Assembly: GCA_017431345.1 (NCBI GenBank)
Contig: JAFRLH010000055.1
Span: 58,229-122,228, forward strand
Length of the DNA: 64,000 nucleotides
Source of the DNA: Lachnospiraceae bacterium
GTDB taxonomy: Bacteria; Bacillota; Clostridia; Lachnospirales; Lachnospiraceae
Reading direction: 5' to 3'
The notes under the pieces: generated by a model
Databases searched by the model: none
Told to the model about the DNA's origin: nothing
The model's input: the letters and a program-made list of their open reading frames with translations, nothing else
Part shown: positions 7,095 through 16,023 of the stretch, one piece after another
How the letters are laid out: each line of letters opens with the position of its first letter
Numbering within the stretch: the first letter of the stretch is position 1
Made by a program: the position numbers and the translations under genes

Positions 7095-9623
7095 TTATCT
7101 CAGGAATATATCCCACCAGTGGCCTTCGTCATCCGACCCGCGATCCTCTCGGCGTCCGTCTCCGGACTCACCGTTTCCGGAACCGCCGCCGGAATCGTCA
7201 CCGTTCCCAGAGCCGTCGTCATCCTCTGAGGAATCATTCCCTCCGGTGAAAATATCCCACCAGTGGCCTTCTTTTTCCTCATTGTCGTCATTATCTTCCC
7301 ACTTATCATCATTATCCTGCTTATTATCGTTACTATTCCCCCACCAGCCGCCATTATTTCCATCGTCAGAGTTATCGTTCCCCCACGAATCCTGCCTGTC
7401 GTTGTCTCTGCCAAAGAACGGTGTGAAAAGGCCTTTATGCTGGCTGCAGACTTTCAGATCGGAGGGCATGACATACTCTTCATCCTCTGTCCCTTCGCTC
7501 GCGCGTTTCAGATAGACCTTCGTTTCCTTATTCTTGCAGTACACCCCTGCGCTCTGGTGGGAATCCGCGCAATATGTGATCTCTTCATGGCAGTCGCAGT
7601 AGGTCGTCGGCGCTGTGCCTGCGGCATAGATCTCTTCTCTGGTCATATCGCCCTGCACGGTCTGGTCGCACAGGCCCTCTGTCGCCAGTTTCCCGCACTT
7701 CGTGCAGATCGTATATTTTTCCATTCCTGCGAGCAGGCCGAAGCCGGTGTCTTCCAGCCCCTCATTGGCAGACTTCATGACTTCCGCCCAGAGTTTCCGG
7801 ACATAGGCGCCGCTTTCCTGCTTTCCGCCGGAATCCAGACCGCCCCAGACGCCGCATGTATAATAAGGAGAATACCCGATCATCCATGCATCACGCGTAC
7901 CGGAGGTAGTGCCGGTCTTTCCGGCAATGCTCATTCCGTCAAACGCCGCATCCGTTCCGGTACCTCTTTTAATGACATCCTCCATCGCATAGGTAAGGAG
8001 CGCCGCTGTTTCTGGCTGCACCACAACATGCGAATCCGGCGTCTTTTCGATCAATACATTTCCTTCATGATCGAGGATCTTTGTGTAATAGACCGGCTCG
8101 ATATAAGCGCCGCCGCGTGCCAGCACGCCGTATGCCGTCGTCATTTCCAGATTGGTAACGCCGTTCTTTGTGCCGCCGAGCGCAAGAGATTCCACCCTGT
8201 CGTCTGCATTCAGGGTTGTGATCCCGAAGTCCGACAGACCGGAAAGCACACTGTTGATCCCCTGGTCATTAAAGCATTTCAGGGCAACAATATTGCTGGA
8301 GTCGACGATCGCCTGCCGGATCGTTGTCATGCCGCCGTAGATCCCGCTGGAATTATGAACTTCCGTTCCGTCCGAATAAGCGGTCGGTGCATCGTCGATC
8401 ACGGTACCAAGCGTCAGATCTCCGTTCTCAAAGCCGGATGCATACTCCCCGATGACTTTAATGGTCGAGCCGGGCTGCCGTTCCGTATTAACCGCGCGGT
8501 TGAGCACCAGATTTGCGGTCTTCTCCCCGCGTCCGCCGACCATTGCACGGACCTGGCCGGATTCATTATCCATCAGCACAAGCGAGAGCTGCGTATCAGG
8601 ATCATCCACTTCACAGGAATTGACCGCATTCTCACACTTTTCCTGCAGTGCGGAATCCTCTGTGGAATAAATGGTCAGTCCGCCGCGGTACAGGAGATTC
8701 CATGCCTCATCTTCACTGATCCCGAGTTCTTTCTGCAGATCCTCCAGCAGTTCATAGATCATTGCCTCTTCAAAATAGGACATGATCTCAACAGTATTTC
8801 CCTTTTCTCTTACTGCAGCAATGCGGCCGTATACATCGTCCTCTTCCGCTGCGTTGTACTCCTCCTCGGAAATATATCCCTGCTCCAGCATTTTCTGGAG
8901 GACGATTTCCCTTCTGCCGGAATTTGCCTCCGGCTCTCTGGCCGGATTGTATCTGGTCGGGTTTTTGGTGATCGCAGCAAGTGCCGCACACTCGGAGACC
9001 GTCAGTGCGGAAACATCCTTATCAAAATAATATCTTGATGCGGTCTGCACGCCCAGATTGCCGCCGCCGAGATTGATGGTGTTGAGATATTTCTCAAGGA
9101 TCCATTCCTTGCTGACTTTCTGTTCAAGCTGCACAGCAAGATACTGTTCCTTTATTTTCCGTTCCAGTTTGTCTTCAAAATTCTCCTCACTCATCCAGTC
9201 TGTAAAGACATTGTTCTTCAGCAGCTGCTGTGTAATGGTACTCGCGCCCTGCGTGACGCCGCCGTTCGTGATCCCCCTGAACACAGCACGCGCAAGCCCC
9301 TTGAGGTCCACGCCGTGATGCTTGTAAAAACGCTCATCTTCTATGGCAATAAATGCCTGATACAGCTCTTCCGGCATCTCGTCCAGACGTACATAAACGC
9401 GGTTCGATTCAGAATCGGAAAGATTGAGCGCGACTTCCCCGGAAAGATCGAGCACGCTGGTACGGTATCCGTCCGGCTCTGCATCCGCCGTATTGATCAC
9501 CGGCGCTTCCGAAATGACCATCAGGACATAGGAAACGCCCGCACCGATCCCCGCGACAATAAGCGCAGTCAGGATCAGCAGCACAATGCCGATCTTTTTT
9601 CCTCTTTTCTTTTTCTCTTTCAT
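7095..9623 (-). CDS. Class A penicillin-binding protein (PBP1A-type transglycosylase/transpeptidase) with an acidic low-complexity C-terminal tail
   Basis: It has an N-terminal TM segment. Motifs are EDERFYKHHGVD, GSTIKV, DSSN and GKTGTT. The last ~110 aa are D/G/N/S-rich and contain two EGHWWDIF motifs. Confidence 0.9.
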   Translation of the reverse strand: MKEKKKRGKKIGIVLLILTALIVAGIGAGVSYVLMVISEAPVINTADAEPDGYRTSVLDLSGEVALNLSDSESNRVYVRLDEMPEELYQAFIAIEDERFYKHHGVDLKGLARAVFRGITNGGVTQGASTITQQLLKNNVFTDWMSEENFEDKLERKIKEQYLAVQLEQKVSKEWILEKYLNTINLGGGNLGVQTASRYYFDKDVSALTVSECAALAAITKNPTRYNPAREPEANSGRREIVLQKMLEQGYISEEEYNAAEEDDVYGRIAAVREKGNTVEIMSYFEEAMIYELLEDLQKELGISEDEAWNLLYRGGLTIYSTEDSALQEKCENAVNSCEVDDPDTQLSLVLMDNESGQVRAMVGGRGEKTANLVLNRAVNTERQPGSTIKVIGEYASGFENGDLTLGTVIDDAPTAYSDGTEVHNSSGIYGGMTTIRQAIVDSSNIVALKCFNDQGINSVLSGLSDFGITTLNADDRVESLALGGTKNGVTNLEMTTAYGVLARGGAYIEPVYYTKILDHEGNVLIEKTPDSHVVVQPETAALLTYAMEDVIKRGTGTDAAFDGMSIAGKTGTTSGTRDAWMIGYSPYYTCGVWGGLDSGGKQESGAYVRKLWAEVMKSANEGLEDTGFGLLAGMEKYTICTKCGKLATEGLCDQTVQGDMTREEIYAAGTAPTTYCDCHEEITYCADSHQSAGVYCKNKETKVYLKRASEGTEDEEYVMPSDLKVCSQHKGLFTPFFGRDNDRQDSWGNDNSDDGNNGGWWGNSNDNKQDNDDKWEDNDDNEEKEGHWWDIFTGGNDSSEDDDGSGNGDDSGGGSGNGESGDGRREDRGSDDEGHWWDIFLR

Positions 9624-9840
9624 ATAACGATCCCTCCCCTGTAAAAAAGAACGACCATCAGTAACTTTCCCGCCTCCCTTTTTCTGCGAAGTTCTTCATT
9701 CTGAGAAAATCATAAAGGATATTTGTGTTTAATCCTTGTTCGCATTTTTAAGCCGTGATTAAATACGTAAGAATTTTCTGTGGGAAATGTTACAAAATGA
9801 TTTGCGAAGATGTTACGTTTTGCAGATAGGTATGGTATGA

Positions 9841-10533
9841 TTGGAGCATCACGAAAGAACCCGGGAAAAATGTATGAAAAGCAGGAAATGGTATCTCATC
9901 ACGGCGATCTCTGACATCGCCGTTGTCTTCATGATCTTATTTGCGCTCGTTGTCATGTACTGCGGGCTTGATATCGGCGTCCTTTTTTCTGAAAAAGGCA
10001 TCTCCATGTTCAGATACTATACGGTCGATGCGAACTTTTTTACCGCAGCAGCCTGTATCGTCTGTGCCCCCCTGGAAATCAAAGCCTATAAAAAAGAACA
10101 TTACGAACTCCCTGCATGGGCTGTAATGTTCAAATTCACCGGCATTGTCTGCCTCACTCTTACCTTCCTGGTCGTGGTCTTTTTCCTGATGCCGATGTTC
10201 GGCGTAAAGAAGATGACGGAAGGTTCCAATGTATTCATGCACTTTGTGATCCCCGTCTGGTGCATCCTGACATTCTGTCTGTCCGGCCAGGGAAAACTGG
10301 TGAAAAAAGCGTTCATTCCGCTGAGCCTCATTCCGACCTTTCTTTACGGCATCGCTTATTTAGTCCCCATTCTGGGAAGCGGTCCGGACAATGTCGTCCC
10401 CAGCAAACACGCGGACTGGTATGGCTTCGCGCAGGTCGGCCCGGTGCTGCTCGCGCCGGTGTTCCTGCTGCTGATCGCCATCACCTACGGGATCGCCCGC
10501 GGTGTGTGGAAAATGAGCGGCGGAAGACGCTAG
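9841..10533 (+). CDS. Integral membrane protein of unknown function (about 6 TM segments)
   Basis: 230-aa ORF with repeated hydrophobic stretches. The likely real start is MKSRKWYL at 9874. Confidence 0.5.
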   Translation: MEHHERTREKCMKSRKWYLITAISDIAVVFMILFALVVMYCGLDIGVLFSEKGISMFRYYTVDANFFTAAACIVCAPLEIKAYKKEHYELPAWAVMFKFTGIVCLTLTFLVVVFFLMPMFGVKKMTEGSNVFMHFVIPVWCILTFCLSGQGKLVKKAFIPLSLIPTFLYGIAYLVPILGSGPDNVVPSKHADWYGFAQVGPVLLAPVFLLLIAITYGIARGVWKMSGGRR

Positions 10534-10660
10534 GCCGGTATTATACTTGCTCTTGTTCATAATTCCGCTCTTTTTCAGGAATATACATCCTTTTGTTTTC
10601 CTGTCAGCCTGATATACCGGACATGATCTGAGAATTTGTTCATATATCTCTTCAGTCATA

Positions 10661-10723
10661 AAAAAATACATCCCTTATCCATCGATGATTACGGATCATC
10701 TTTGAAAAAAGGATGTATTTTTT
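10661..10723. terminator. Bidirectional terminator-like hairpin
   Basis: AAAAAATACATCC...GGATGTATTTTTT with an internal GATGAT-tacg-GATCATC sub-hairpin. It lies between a + gene and a convergent - gene. Confidence 0.5.
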
Positions 10724-10896
10724 CTGTCTCCGATATACATATGAACAAAACGGTCTTGTTCTGCAGGATAATCATGATTTCAGCGGAAAACAGGGATGTA
10801 TTATTCTATGCCGACATCAATATATGAACAATCAGTCATAGGATCAGCGTTATCGCAGGGATAAACATACAATAAGAGCGGCAAGCTCAGCAAAGT

Positions 10897-11823
10897 TCAT
10901 ATCAGCAGTGTCATCAGCGGGATCGTCACCATGCACGCAAGGCTTGACAGGAAGATCGCCCTCGATCCCAGTTCCACATCACCGCCGTATGTCTGCGAGA
11001 AAATGACTGACAGCGACGGACACGGCATCGCCGCGCACAGGATCAGCACACTTTTCAGCAGTGGGGATACAAACGGCATGAAATGAAGCGCCAGCACAGT
11101 GAGCAGCGGAATCGCGGCAAGCCGCATGATGCAGATCGTGATCACATCCTTATCCCGGAACGTATCCGCAATTCTTCCCCGCGACAGGCTTAAGCCGATC
11201 ACGAACATCGACAGCGGCGTGGTGATGCCCGCAAACGCGTTGATTACTCTCGATGCCACCTCCGGCACGGGAATCTGAAACAGGAAAAAGAGCAGGCCGA
11301 GCAGCATCGCGAGATTCTGCCTGGAGAGCAGCACATTCTTTTTCCCGCCGTCCGGTTCTTTCCCCGAAAATGCGTACATCATCCTGACGCACAGGGTATA
11401 CTGCACGATCATATAAGCCGGTCCCGAATTGGCAAGGATGAATACCCCGTCCTGGCCGAGCAGCGCATTTACGATCGGGATCCCCATAAAGCCGGTATTG
11501 CCGTAGGAAGAGGCAAAGATCCACGTCCCGCGGCGGATCTTCCGGACACCCAGCGCACCGGAAACAAGATAACTGATCCCCAGCGCAGACAATGAAAACA
11601 CAAGGCTCAGCACCAGTCCGATCACGCTGTCTTTCAGCATGTTTATGTCGAACGCGCGCTGCATGGATGAAAAGATCATGCACGGCAGTGTGACCTGCAT
11701 CAAAAATGCGGTAAGGTCTGAAAATGCTTTGTCTGAGAGCTTTCCGCTCTTCCCCGCGAAGAATCCCACCGCGATCATGGCGAACAGGATCAGCAGATTA
11801 TTTATAATAAGGAAAATGTCCAT
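10897..11823 (-). CDS. AEC (auxin efflux carrier) family transporter
   Basis: 308 aa and polytopic. MDIFLIINNLLILFAMIAVGFFAGKSGKL... is a typical AEC N-terminus. Confidence 0.8.
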   Translation of the reverse strand: MDIFLIINNLLILFAMIAVGFFAGKSGKLSDKAFSDLTAFLMQVTLPCMIFSSMQRAFDINMLKDSVIGLVLSLVFSLSALGISYLVSGALGVRKIRRGTWIFASSYGNTGFMGIPIVNALLGQDGVFILANSGPAYMIVQYTLCVRMMYAFSGKEPDGGKKNVLLSRQNLAMLLGLLFFLFQIPVPEVASRVINAFAGITTPLSMFVIGLSLSRGRIADTFRDKDVITICIMRLAAIPLLTVLALHFMPFVSPLLKSVLILCAAMPCPSLSVIFSQTYGGDVELGSRAIFLSSLACMVTIPLMTLLI

Positions 11824-11836
11824 ATACTAAACGAAC

Positions 11837-12469
11837 TTATTTCTTTGCATCTTCTCTGATAAAATTCATAAAGGTCTTCTTAATGGGCGCGGGCAGCCCG
11901 TACTTTTCTTTGCCGAGTTCGATCGAGCGGATCAGGAAGACCATATTCTGCGCCAGCGTCTTGACTGTGTGCATGCCTTCCGCATCGAAGGCACTTTCTC
12001 CGTCCGCGGATCCGTATACACCGTTCCAGTACTGGCTGGATGCGATCGGCATCTGGCTGATGGAGAAATATTTGTTGATCTCATCCATTGTAACGGTCGT
12101 GCCGGCACGTCTGGCCACTGCGACTGATGCACCGACTTTCATGCGCTTGTCGGTATGACATGAGAAGAACAGTCTGTCCATAAAGGAGATCAGCGAACCA
12201 TTTGCGGAGGCATAATAGACAGGACTTCCGACCACCATGCCGTCGCAGGCTTCAAACAGGGGCGCCGCCTTGTTCACGACATCGTCAAAGACACATTTCC
12301 CCAGTTCCCTGCATTTGCCGCAGTCGGCGCATCCGCGCACTGCGCCGGGGCCGAGATCGACCCAGTCGACCTGCGCACCTTCCGCTTCGAAGATTTTCCG
12401 CATTTCGTTTAACGCGGTATACGTGTTTCCCTCTTTGTTCGGCGAACCGTTGACCATTAATATTCTCAT
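11837..12469 (-). CDS. Flavodoxin-like fold NAD(P)H-dependent FMN reductase / iron-sulfur flavoprotein-like
   Basis: MRILMVNGSPNKEGNTY...CADCGKCRELGKCVFDD...VVGSPVYYASANGS. Confidence 0.75.
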   Translation of the reverse strand: MRILMVNGSPNKEGNTYTALNEMRKIFEAEGAQVDWVDLGPGAVRGCADCGKCRELGKCVFDDVVNKAAPLFEACDGMVVGSPVYYASANGSLISFMDRLFFSCHTDKRMKVGASVAVARRAGTTVTMDEINKYFSISQMPIASSQYWNGVYGSADGESAFDAEGMHTVKTLAQNMVFLIRSIELGKEKYGLPAPIKKTFMNFIREDAKK

Positions 12470-12530
12470 TTTTCCTCCTTATCAGCGCTGCCGTCAGATC
12501 CGGACAATACATTCCGGGCAGCATCTCTTT

Positions 12531-12839
12531 CTAATCATATTCAAATATACCCTGTATGGCATCTGATACGTTCATGACCATATAATAGGGGAGACTGTCA
12601 ATAATCATACAGGATCTTTTTCCCGGGTCGATCATTTTCATCTGCTCACAGATGACCGTACCGGAAAAACCTGAAACGCCGCTTACCGGTATATGAAGCG
12701 GGCCTTCCGGAATATCCTCCGGGACAGGACACACATGAAATACACCGGTTGCATCAATAAAAGCATTATTGCTCACGATCAGGAACCGCAGTTTCTGACC
12801 GGACATCTTAATGATCTGTCCCTGCCGGAATTCTGTCAT
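12531..12839 (-). CDS. mazF: Type II toxin, PemK/MazF family
   Basis: 102 aa with FLIVSNNAFIDATGVFHVCPV...VICEQMKMIDPGKR. It overlaps the upstream antitoxin gene by 4 bp. Confidence 0.75.
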   Translation of the reverse strand: MTEFRQGQIIKMSGQKLRFLIVSNNAFIDATGVFHVCPVPEDIPEGPLHIPVSGVSGFSGTVICEQMKMIDPGKRSCMIIDSLPYYMVMNVSDAIQGIFEYD

Positions 12840-13078
12840 AAAATCTCCTTTCCGACAGGATCTCCCCAGTCAAATTCATAAACAGATATTTCTCCGTCAT
12901 AATCTGCCAGGCGTTCTTTAAATGATCTGTGCGCAAACTCTTTCTGAAGCACGATCATCCCGTTTTCCACTTTCACGTTCAGGACATCTGAAACAGTGAT
13001 CCCAAGCTGATCCAGGATCTCTTTCGGAAGCCTGATTCCCTGACTGTTTCCCCACGCTCTTACAGCGACCTGAAGCAT
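12836..13078 (-). CDS. mazE: Type II antitoxin, AbrB/MazE/SpoVT family
   Basis: MLQVAVRAWGNSQGIRLPKEILDQLGI... is a SpoVT-AbrB swapped-hairpin signature. Confidence 0.8.
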   Translation of the reverse strand: MLQVAVRAWGNSQGIRLPKEILDQLGITVSDVLNVKVENGMIVLQKEFAHRSFKERLADYDGEISVYEFDWGDPVGKEIL

Positions 13079-13107
13079 GCCTTCACCTCCTTCTGCCAGA
13101 ACAGCCG

Positions 13108-13135
13108 TCCGGGATAATTATACAATTATCCCGGA
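13108..13135. promoter_or_regulatory. Palindromic candidate operator of mazEF
   Basis: TCCGGGATAATT-atac-AATTATCCCGGA with 12-bp perfect arms. It sits 30-57 nt upstream of the mazE start. Confidence 0.4.
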
Positions 13136-13199
13136 TATCAGTCAAGATATGCCCGGATCGACAGCACTTCAGAGCCAGGGATCCAATTCTTTCGGAAAA

Positions 13200-13225
13200 C
13201 AAAAAACCCGGGCATTTGCCCGGGC
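13200..13225 (-). terminator. Terminator of the proximal hsp20
   Basis: The minus strand reads CCCGGGCAAATGCCCGGG followed by TTTTTT. Confidence 0.75.
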
Positions 13226-13270
13226 GGAATGGTAAATGATTCAGATATTTCTGTCAGATCGTTTTACGGA

Positions 13271-13717
13271 TCAGCCTTCGATCGCGATATATTTCTTCTG
13301 CTCAACTTCCTGCTGTTTCTCTTTCTTGGGAACCAGGATCGTCAGGATACCATCGGCGAATTTCGCCTTGATGTCTTCCTGGGTGATCTGCTCGCCCACA
13401 TAGAAGCTCCTGCTCATCGAACCGGAATATCTTTCCTTCCTCAGATACTTGCCTTCCTGATCCTTCTCATCCTTGTTCTCGGAATGGGAAGCTTCGATGG
13501 TAAGGGTACCGTCTTTAAGATCTGCCTTCACGTCTTCTTTGGTGAAGCCGGGCAGTTCCATCTCGATCTGGTAGTTATCCTCGGTTTCCTTAATATCGGT
13601 GTTCATCTGGGTCACCTGGGTGCGTCCGAAATGACGGGCCGGCCAGAAACTGTCGTTAAAGAATTCATCAAACAGGCTGTCTGTAAAATTATCATTGAAA
13701 ATGCTGGGTCTTAACAT
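13271..13717 (-). CDS. Hsp20/alpha-crystallin small heat-shock protein
   Basis: 148 aa with DIKETEDNYQIEMELPGFTKEDVKADLKDGTLTI...FADGILTILVPK. Confidence 0.9.
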   Translation of the reverse strand: MLRPSIFNDNFTDSLFDEFFNDSFWPARHFGRTQVTQMNTDIKETEDNYQIEMELPGFTKEDVKADLKDGTLTIEASHSENKDEKDQEGKYLRKERYSGSMSRSFYVGEQITQEDIKAKFADGILTILVPKKEKQQEVEQKKYIAIEG

Positions 13718-13840
13718 AATGCTTACCTCCTTCTATTCTATGCGCCTTTCGGCGGTCTGACAGTTGTCGTTTTAAGAATGCGCTACTTCATTGAGCGCTT
13801 TTGTTTTTCTCAATTCAAGTGCTCTGTTATTCTGCAAATG

Positions 13841-13959
13841 TGTCATCCTGAGCAAGCGAAGCGCGTCGAAGGATCTTCGCTCTGAAACAGGCGGCTTTAC
13901 TAAAACCGCAAGCATTACGCGGTGGATTCTTCCGTTGCTCTGCGCCTTCAGAATGACAG
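13841..13959 (+). repeat. 119-bp MITE/REP-like element with TGTCATYCTGA terminal inverted repeats (copy B)
   Basis: It starts TGTCATCCTGAGCAAGCGAAGCGCGTCGAAGGATCT and ends CTTCAGAATGACAG. It aligns along its whole length with the minus strand of 49234-49352. Confidence 0.6.
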
Positions 13960-13964
13960 ATGTT

Positions 13965-14303
13965 TTATTCGATCGTGATCCTCTTCTCCTCAGCTGCCTT
14001 CTCGTAAGCAATCTTCGGAATCGTCAGGATCAGGACACCGTCCTTATAAGCTGCTTTGACATCTTCAGTCTTGATGTCTCCGACATAGAAACGTCTCTGG
14101 CACTTGCCGGTATAGCGTTCTTTTCTGAGAGGCTTCATGGTCTCGTCATTCAGGAACTTGGCTTCTACGGTCAGATATTCTTTCTCAACGTACGCTGCGA
14201 TCTTTTCCTTGGCGCAGCCCGGGATGTCTACCTTCAGCACATAAGCCTCATTGTTTTCCAGAATATCGCATCTCATTAAATCATTTCTTCTTTCCATGAT
14301 CAT
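13965..14303 (-). CDS. Hsp20/alpha-crystallin small heat-shock protein
   Basis: M(I)MERRNDLMRCDILENNEAYVLKVDIPG...YKDGVLILTIPK. Start placed at ATG 14303 or 14297. The track ORF extends to 14399. Confidence 0.85.
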   Translation of the reverse strand: MIMERRNDLMRCDILENNEAYVLKVDIPGCAKEKIAAYVEKEYLTVEAKFLNDETMKPLRKERYTGKCQRRFYVGDIKTEDVKAAYKDGVLILTIPKIAYEKAAEEKRITIE

Positions 14304-14423
14304 CCCTTCTTTCCGTATGATTAAGAGGATCCTTGGGCATTCCGGCTTCCGGTGGATACGCTTTTCTGCATCTGCACCGCCTTCCTGCGTTCTGATCACT
14401 CTCTTTTTTCTCTTTACGCCTAT

Positions 14424-14452
14424 GTTATAGCACTTCTGTTAGCACTCGTCAA
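14424..14452 (-). promoter_or_regulatory. Sigma-A type promoter of hsp20 overlapping CIRCE
   Basis: The minus strand has TTGACG (14452-14447), a 17-nt spacer, then TATAAC (14429-14424). The -35 lies in the CIRCE spacer. Confidence 0.55.
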
Positions 14453-14465
14453 GAGTGAGTGCTAA
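14439..14465. promoter_or_regulatory. CIRCE operator (HrcA binding site)
   Basis: TTAGCACTC-GTCAAGAGT-GAGTGCTAA is a perfect match to the TTAGCACTC-N9-GAGTGCTAA consensus. Confidence 0.85.
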
Positions 14466-14627
14466 CATTTTTTGTGAAATTTCCGTGAAGAAATGATTAA
14501 ATGACTTATTTTGCGGGTTCCGGTCTTCTTTCCATCGAAAATATACTGTACTGATCTGTGCAATATTCTTCTTATAGTTCGTTCTGCTGCCCAACGCAAG
14601 ACGCCGCCTGATAACCTCAGACGGCGT
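14449..14627. repeat. Non-coding module copy X1 plus hairpin H1
   Basis: tcaagagtgagtgctaacattttttgtgaaatttccgtgaa... is identical for ~41 nt to 16327 onward. It is homologous to 22024 onward, with an internal deletion. It ends in the hairpin AGACGCCGCCTGA-taacc-TCAGACGGCGT at 14599-14627. Confidence 0.8.
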
Positions 14628-14648
14628 TTCGACATGTGAATTTCTTTC

Positions 14649-15992
14649 TTATTTGAGTTTGGACATCAGAACAGATGCCATGTAGATTGGCAAAAATTTA
14701 ATCCCCTGTTCTTTATGCACATCTTTCTGGGATAGAACGATCGTTTCCTTTACAGACCCGGAATACTTTTTTCGAAAACAATCCAGCGACTCATGTTTTC
14801 CGGTTCCCGAAGCTTTCACCTCCAGCGCTGTGATCTTTGCTTTCTCTGTGATCAGGAAATCGACTTCATAGTAATGAGTGCTCCCTTCCTTTTCCCAGGT
14901 ATGATAGAACAATTCCCTTCCTGCGGCAGCAATCATCTGTGCTACCGCATTTTCATACAGATATCCAAGGTTTGCCGGAAGCTTGTCAGACAACAGTTTT
15001 GCGTAGATTTCATTTTCAGCCGCAGGGCGGTCGATAAACATAAGCGTTACAAACAGACCGGTATCCGCGATATACATTTTATAACTGCTCAGATCCTTCG
15101 TATCTGTCAATGTCACATGCGGATCCGTAGTATTATAAGAGATCAGAACCGTTTTGGAATCGATCAGATCATAAAGACGTTCTTCATCCCGTTCCGTTTT
15201 TTTCTTTTTGGTAGCACCGGAAAGCAGATATCGTTTCGTATCTTTGGATAGCTGCCCGGGAATTGAATGATACATCGCGGAAATTCTGCCGGAAGAATCG
15301 ATTTTTTTGAAATCCGCCTCGTATAATTCCAGAATAGACCTTTTCACCATATCGATCTCGGAGAAACTTTTCCCCTGCGTATAGGCCTCTACCGCCTGAG
15401 GCATACCGCCCACTGCCATATACAGCCTGAAATCACGCATCATCTGCCGGTTGATCTGCTGCTCCATACTCTTTCCGGACCGGTACAACTGCTCAATAAC
15501 TTCATAAGAATGCTTTCCGACTGCCAGAAGAAACTCCTCATAATCCATAGGATAAACCGGCAGTTTCATCTCCTCCGACGGAATCAGGATATTTTTTACA
15601 TTTCTCCGAATAGAAATCAGGGATCCGGTCTCGATATAATGATATCTGCCATCTTTCACCAGATATTTGATCGCCTGTCTCGCCGGCGGATACAGCTGAA
15701 TCTCATCGAATATGATCACGGATCTGTGTTGTACCAGCTGAACACCGGTGACTGCCTGCAGCCGCAGAAAAAACATGTCGATATCTGCAAGATCATCAAA
15801 ACATGACATAACCGTTTTTGAGGCAGAGGCAAAATCGATCAGAATATACGAATCATATTCATTTTTCGCAAAAGATTCCGCTATCGTTGACTTACCGACA
15901 CGTCTGGGGCCTTCCAGAAGAATGCTGTAGTGATCCGCATACTTCTCCTTCCATTCCAGAAGCCGGTCATAGGCTTTTCTCTTGAAAATCAT
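14649..15992 (-). CDS. AAA-type P-loop NTPase with a DUF4143-like / PD-(D/E)xK-like C-terminal domain
   Basis: 447 aa. Walker A is LLEGPRRVGKST and Walker B is VIIFDEIQ. The C-terminus is YEVDFLITEKAKITALEVKASG. A GGGAGGG RBS precedes it. Confidence 0.8.
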   Translation of the reverse strand: MIFKRKAYDRLLEWKEKYADHYSILLEGPRRVGKSTIAESFAKNEYDSYILIDFASASKTVMSCFDDLADIDMFFLRLQAVTGVQLVQHRSVIIFDEIQLYPPARQAIKYLVKDGRYHYIETGSLISIRRNVKNILIPSEEMKLPVYPMDYEEFLLAVGKHSYEVIEQLYRSGKSMEQQINRQMMRDFRLYMAVGGMPQAVEAYTQGKSFSEIDMVKRSILELYEADFKKIDSSGRISAMYHSIPGQLSKDTKRYLLSGATKKKKTERDEERLYDLIDSKTVLISYNTTDPHVTLTDTKDLSSYKMYIADTGLFVTLMFIDRPAAENEIYAKLLSDKLPANLGYLYENAVAQMIAAAGRELFYHTWEKEGSTHYYEVDFLITEKAKITALEVKASGTGKHESLDCFRKKYSGSVKETIVLSQKDVHKEQGIKFLPIYMASVLMSKLK

Positions 15993-16023
15993 ATTGTCCG
16001 CCCTCCCTATATGGCCAAATATA

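Noticed and set aside
7263-9038. 591-aa + strand ORF.
   Set aside because: It is an antisense shadow of the PBP1A gene, which has all the class A PBP motifs.
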